This document shows, one piece after another, positions 61,838 through 64,000 of a stretch of 64,000 nt of DNA; the stretch's first letter is position 1; every line of letters starts with the position of its first letter. Origin of the DNA: Parcubacteria bacterium GBS-2 (GTDB taxonomy: Bacteria; Patescibacteriota; Minisyncoccia; Minisyncoccales; GBS-2). The notes under the pieces were generated by a model. That model saw nothing but the letters and a program-made list of their open reading frames with translations. It was not told the origin of the DNA and ran no database searches. The translations under genes were made by a program, and so were the position numbers. The stretch covers positions 22,652 to 86,651 of the forward strand of contig LEKP01000003.1 in the NCBI GenBank assembly GCA_001443025.1. Direction: 5' to 3'.

Positions 61838-62230
61838 TTATTTAACAATTTCCACTTTCCATTTTCCATTCACCCACAGTCCTAAAACTTTTACTTGAAA
61901 ATTCATCGACTCTATTATTTTTTTTCCTCTTTTTATATGGTAAATGTGCTTTTCTTTTTCGACTGGATTACCAGCACAATCTTCATGACCAACTATTGCT
62001 ACTATTTTTGATCCGTGTTTTTTCACTGATATTGCTATTTTTTGACTGATTCCATTCAAAGTTTTTTGATCGCCTTCTGCTAAAATTTTATCCATGCCGG
62101 GTTCTGTAATCATATCTACAAAATCGACCTTGTATTTATTTTTTAAAAATTTAATAACCGGCTCTTGAACTCTTCCATCCATACAATTTAAAGCGGTAGC
62201 AAATTTTTTTCCTTTCATTGTATTTTTCAA
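61838..62230 (-). CDS. Short beta-carbonic-anhydrase-like protein
   Basis: C-x-D-x-R (CMDGR) and H-x-x-C (HEDC) spaced as in the beta-CA zinc site. At 130 aa it is shorter than typical beta-CAs. Confidence 0.4.
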   Translation of the reverse strand: MKNTMKGKKFATALNCMDGRVQEPVIKFLKNKYKVDFVDMITEPGMDKILAEGDQKTLNGISQKIAISVKKHGSKIVAIVGHEDCAGNPVEKEKHIYHIKRGKKIIESMNFQVKVLGLWVNGKWKVEIVK

Positions 62231-62259
62231 TTTTTCGAAAAATTAACAAAAATGACCTT

Positions 62260-63519
62260 TTAACAACAGTAAAGTCTTTTTGGAATTTTTCCCTCTTCTG
62301 TCTTTCCGAAAGGATTGCCAAATTCTCTAATATTTTCGATCATTTCTTTGTTTACCCCTGTTTGTAAATTTTCTTTTTCAAGATAGCCCCTTAATTTCTT
62401 CATTAATTCTGGTAAATTGATTTTTACTGGGCAATTTTGATAACAGGCCATACAAGAAGTACAAGAAAAACAATTTGAATCAACCGCTTTTTTAAAACTT
62501 TCAGAAAACCCAGCAAAAATTATCCCTTTTGAACCCAAATACTTTGATCCGTAATTTCTTCCGATTTGATGGAAAACTGGGCAAAAGTTCAAACAAGCAC
62601 CGCAGTTAATACAATACAAAAGCTCTTCAAAACCTTCTTTCAAAAGTTTTGTCCTGCCATTATCTATTAAAATCAAATTCACTTCTCTTGCTCCCTGAGC
62701 ACCAATCACAACTTGATTTTGAATGTCAGCTGTTTTTGAAGGTCCAGAAATTATCGAAACATAAACTGGAAAATCTTGCCCTGTTCCCCAAATAGCAGAA
62801 GCTTTCACAATTTTTAAAGCGGATTCTAAATTTTCAACGATTTTCTCAAAGCCAGAAACAATAATATGAGTTTGGGGCCATTTTGAGACCAAAGATATAT
62901 TTCCTTCGTTTTCTAAAATTAAAATTTTACCATCAGAAGTTATAGCATTAGCCCCAGAAATTCCAATTTCAGACTGAGAAATTTTTTCCCTTAATAAATT
63001 TCTAACAAAATTTGCAATTTTTTCTGGTTTAGATTCTAAATCCACATTAAATTTCTCTTTAATTTTTTTTGCAATTTCTTCTGGAGTCAAATGAATAGCA
63101 GGTAATACCGGATGAGATTCTTTTTCTCCCATTATTTGACAAATGAAATCTCCCAAGTCAGTTTCTGTTAATTCTTTATCAGTTAAAAATCCTTCTTCTT
63201 CAATTTCATTAAAAACGTTCGATTTTGATTTGATAATTTTTGTTTTACCTTCAGCTAATTTCTCAATAATTTCTCTAGCTTCTTTTACATCCTTTGCCTC
63301 AAAAACATTAATTCCGTTTTCTTTCAATGCGGAAATTGCTTTTTTCTTTAAGCTCTCAATTTCTGAGATTGCTTTCTTTTTAATTTGATAAAGTTCTTCT
63401 CTAAAATTTTCGTATTCTAAATTATTTCTCAAAAGCGCCATTTTCCTTTTTTCTCTATATTCCAAAACCACTTTCCACAAAACAGCTTTTGTTTTTTCTG
63501 ATAAAAATTCTCCTTTCAT
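62260..63519 (-). CDS. LutB/YkgF-like iron-sulfur protein (LUD domain + 2x[4Fe-4S])
   Basis: CINCGACLNFCPV and CTSCMACYQNCPV ferredoxin motifs after a LUD/DUF162-like region. Confidence 0.7.
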   Translation of the reverse strand: MKGEFLSEKTKAVLWKVVLEYREKRKMALLRNNLEYENFREELYQIKKKAISEIESLKKKAISALKENGINVFEAKDVKEAREIIEKLAEGKTKIIKSKSNVFNEIEEEGFLTDKELTETDLGDFICQIMGEKESHPVLPAIHLTPEEIAKKIKEKFNVDLESKPEKIANFVRNLLREKISQSEIGISGANAITSDGKILILENEGNISLVSKWPQTHIIVSGFEKIVENLESALKIVKASAIWGTGQDFPVYVSIISGPSKTADIQNQVVIGAQGAREVNLILIDNGRTKLLKEGFEELLYCINCGACLNFCPVFHQIGRNYGSKYLGSKGIIFAGFSESFKKAVDSNCFSCTSCMACYQNCPVKINLPELMKKLRGYLEKENLQTGVNKEMIENIREFGNPFGKTEEGKIPKRLYCC

Positions 63520-64000
63520 AAATCTTCAAATAATTCTATTAATTCTTTGACCTCAATTTCTTTTGCATTTTCTTTTAAATGAAGATAACAAAGCGGGCAA
63601 TTAGTGCATAAAATTTTTGCCCCAGTTTTTTTTGCTTGCTCAATCCTATCTTTTGCAATTTTATTTGCCAACTCTGGCTCATTAGATTTCACCCCTCCGC
63701 CACCTCCACAACAAAAGCTCTCATTTCTTGAAAGCTCCATTTCTGAAATTTCGTATCCTTGAGATTTAATTATTTCTCTTGGTTCTTCAAAAATTCCCAT
63801 TCCTCTACCTAAATGACAGGGGTCATGAAAAGTAATTTTTTCTTTAATCTCTTTTTTCTTAATTTTTCCTTCTTTAATTGCTTTTTCTAAAACTTGAGAA
63901 ATGTGCAGAACCTCAATATTCCATTCTTTGCCCAAAGCTTTGGAGTATTCAATTTTAAAAGTCATTGCGCAAGCGGGACAATTTGTAATTATTTTTTTAA
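63516..64000 (-). CDS. LutA/YkgE-like (Fe-S) oxidoreductase with CCG domains (5' end beyond window)
   Basis: HDPCHLGRG and FCCGGGGG (CCG motif). The frame stays open upstream of the track's Met (…IITNCPACAMTF…) to the window edge. Confidence 0.7.
   Translation of the reverse strand, partial: KKIITNCPACAMTFKIEYSKALGKEWNIEVLHISQVLEKAIKEGKIKKKEIKEKITFHDPCHLGRGMGIFEEPREIIKSQGYEISEMELSRNESFCCGGGGGVKSNEPELANKIAKDRIEQAKKTGAKILCTNCPLCYLHLKENAKEIEVKELIELFEDL

Overview
The window is a contiguous chromosomal segment from a very AT-rich, gene-dense bacterium, with almost all genes on the minus strand. I infer a Candidate Phyla Radiation / Patescibacteria-like organism from the short housekeeping proteins, insertion-bearing rRNA genes, two-subunit NiFe hydrogenase, archaeal-type FBP aldolase/phosphatase and lone type IV pilin. 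I could not run any search to confirm this.

Features, left to right:
- mreD/mreC.
- A dispersed rRNA locus. The 5S and 23S genes have their own promoter. The 16S lies about 3 kb upstream with its own promoter, flanking processing stem and terminator. Between them sit three protein genes, a four-tRNA + rpmG transcription unit and a membrane protein.
- rpsP-rnc-nusB-rpmF, dnaE, thrS, miaB-miaA and gatB.
- A dTMP cluster: deoC, tmk, glyA, thyX and dCMP deaminase.
- rplK-nusG-secE-gyrB-pheT-pheS, tRNA-Thr(UGU), and tsf-rpsB.
- A plus-strand gene made of 13 near-identical 84-bp units.
- rpmE and an N-terminally truncated RF1.
- A gluconeogenic cluster: FBP aldolase/phosphatase, intein-containing ppsA, acs and gap.
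- Thiol-redox genes, and two P-type ATPases flanking cutA.
- An ATP-cone/nuclease fusion, and a NiFe hydrogenase pair with a HypC-like fusion protein.
- A transporter, HIT protein, SF1 helicase, Memo-like protein, DUF155-like protein, and lutB/lutA-like genes.

Most interesting observations:
1. A GC-rich, hairpin-forming RNA element recurs immediately 5' of three tRNA genes.
2. The 28-aa x 13 solenoid-like repeat protein varies at only six positions per unit.
3. The 16S 3' tail lacks the CCUCC anti-Shine-Dalgarno core, and many promoters place a -10 box 7-10 nt from the ATG, which suggests leaderless mRNAs.
4. The rRNA genes are interrupted or expanded at several sites. One is a stem-flanked GIY-YIG ORF in 16S; another is an IVS-like hairpin in 23S.
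5. A LAGLIDADG intein sits at the catalytic-His site of PEP synthase.

No CRISPR array, transposase or integrase was seen. Features I delimited myself may be off by 1-2 nt.
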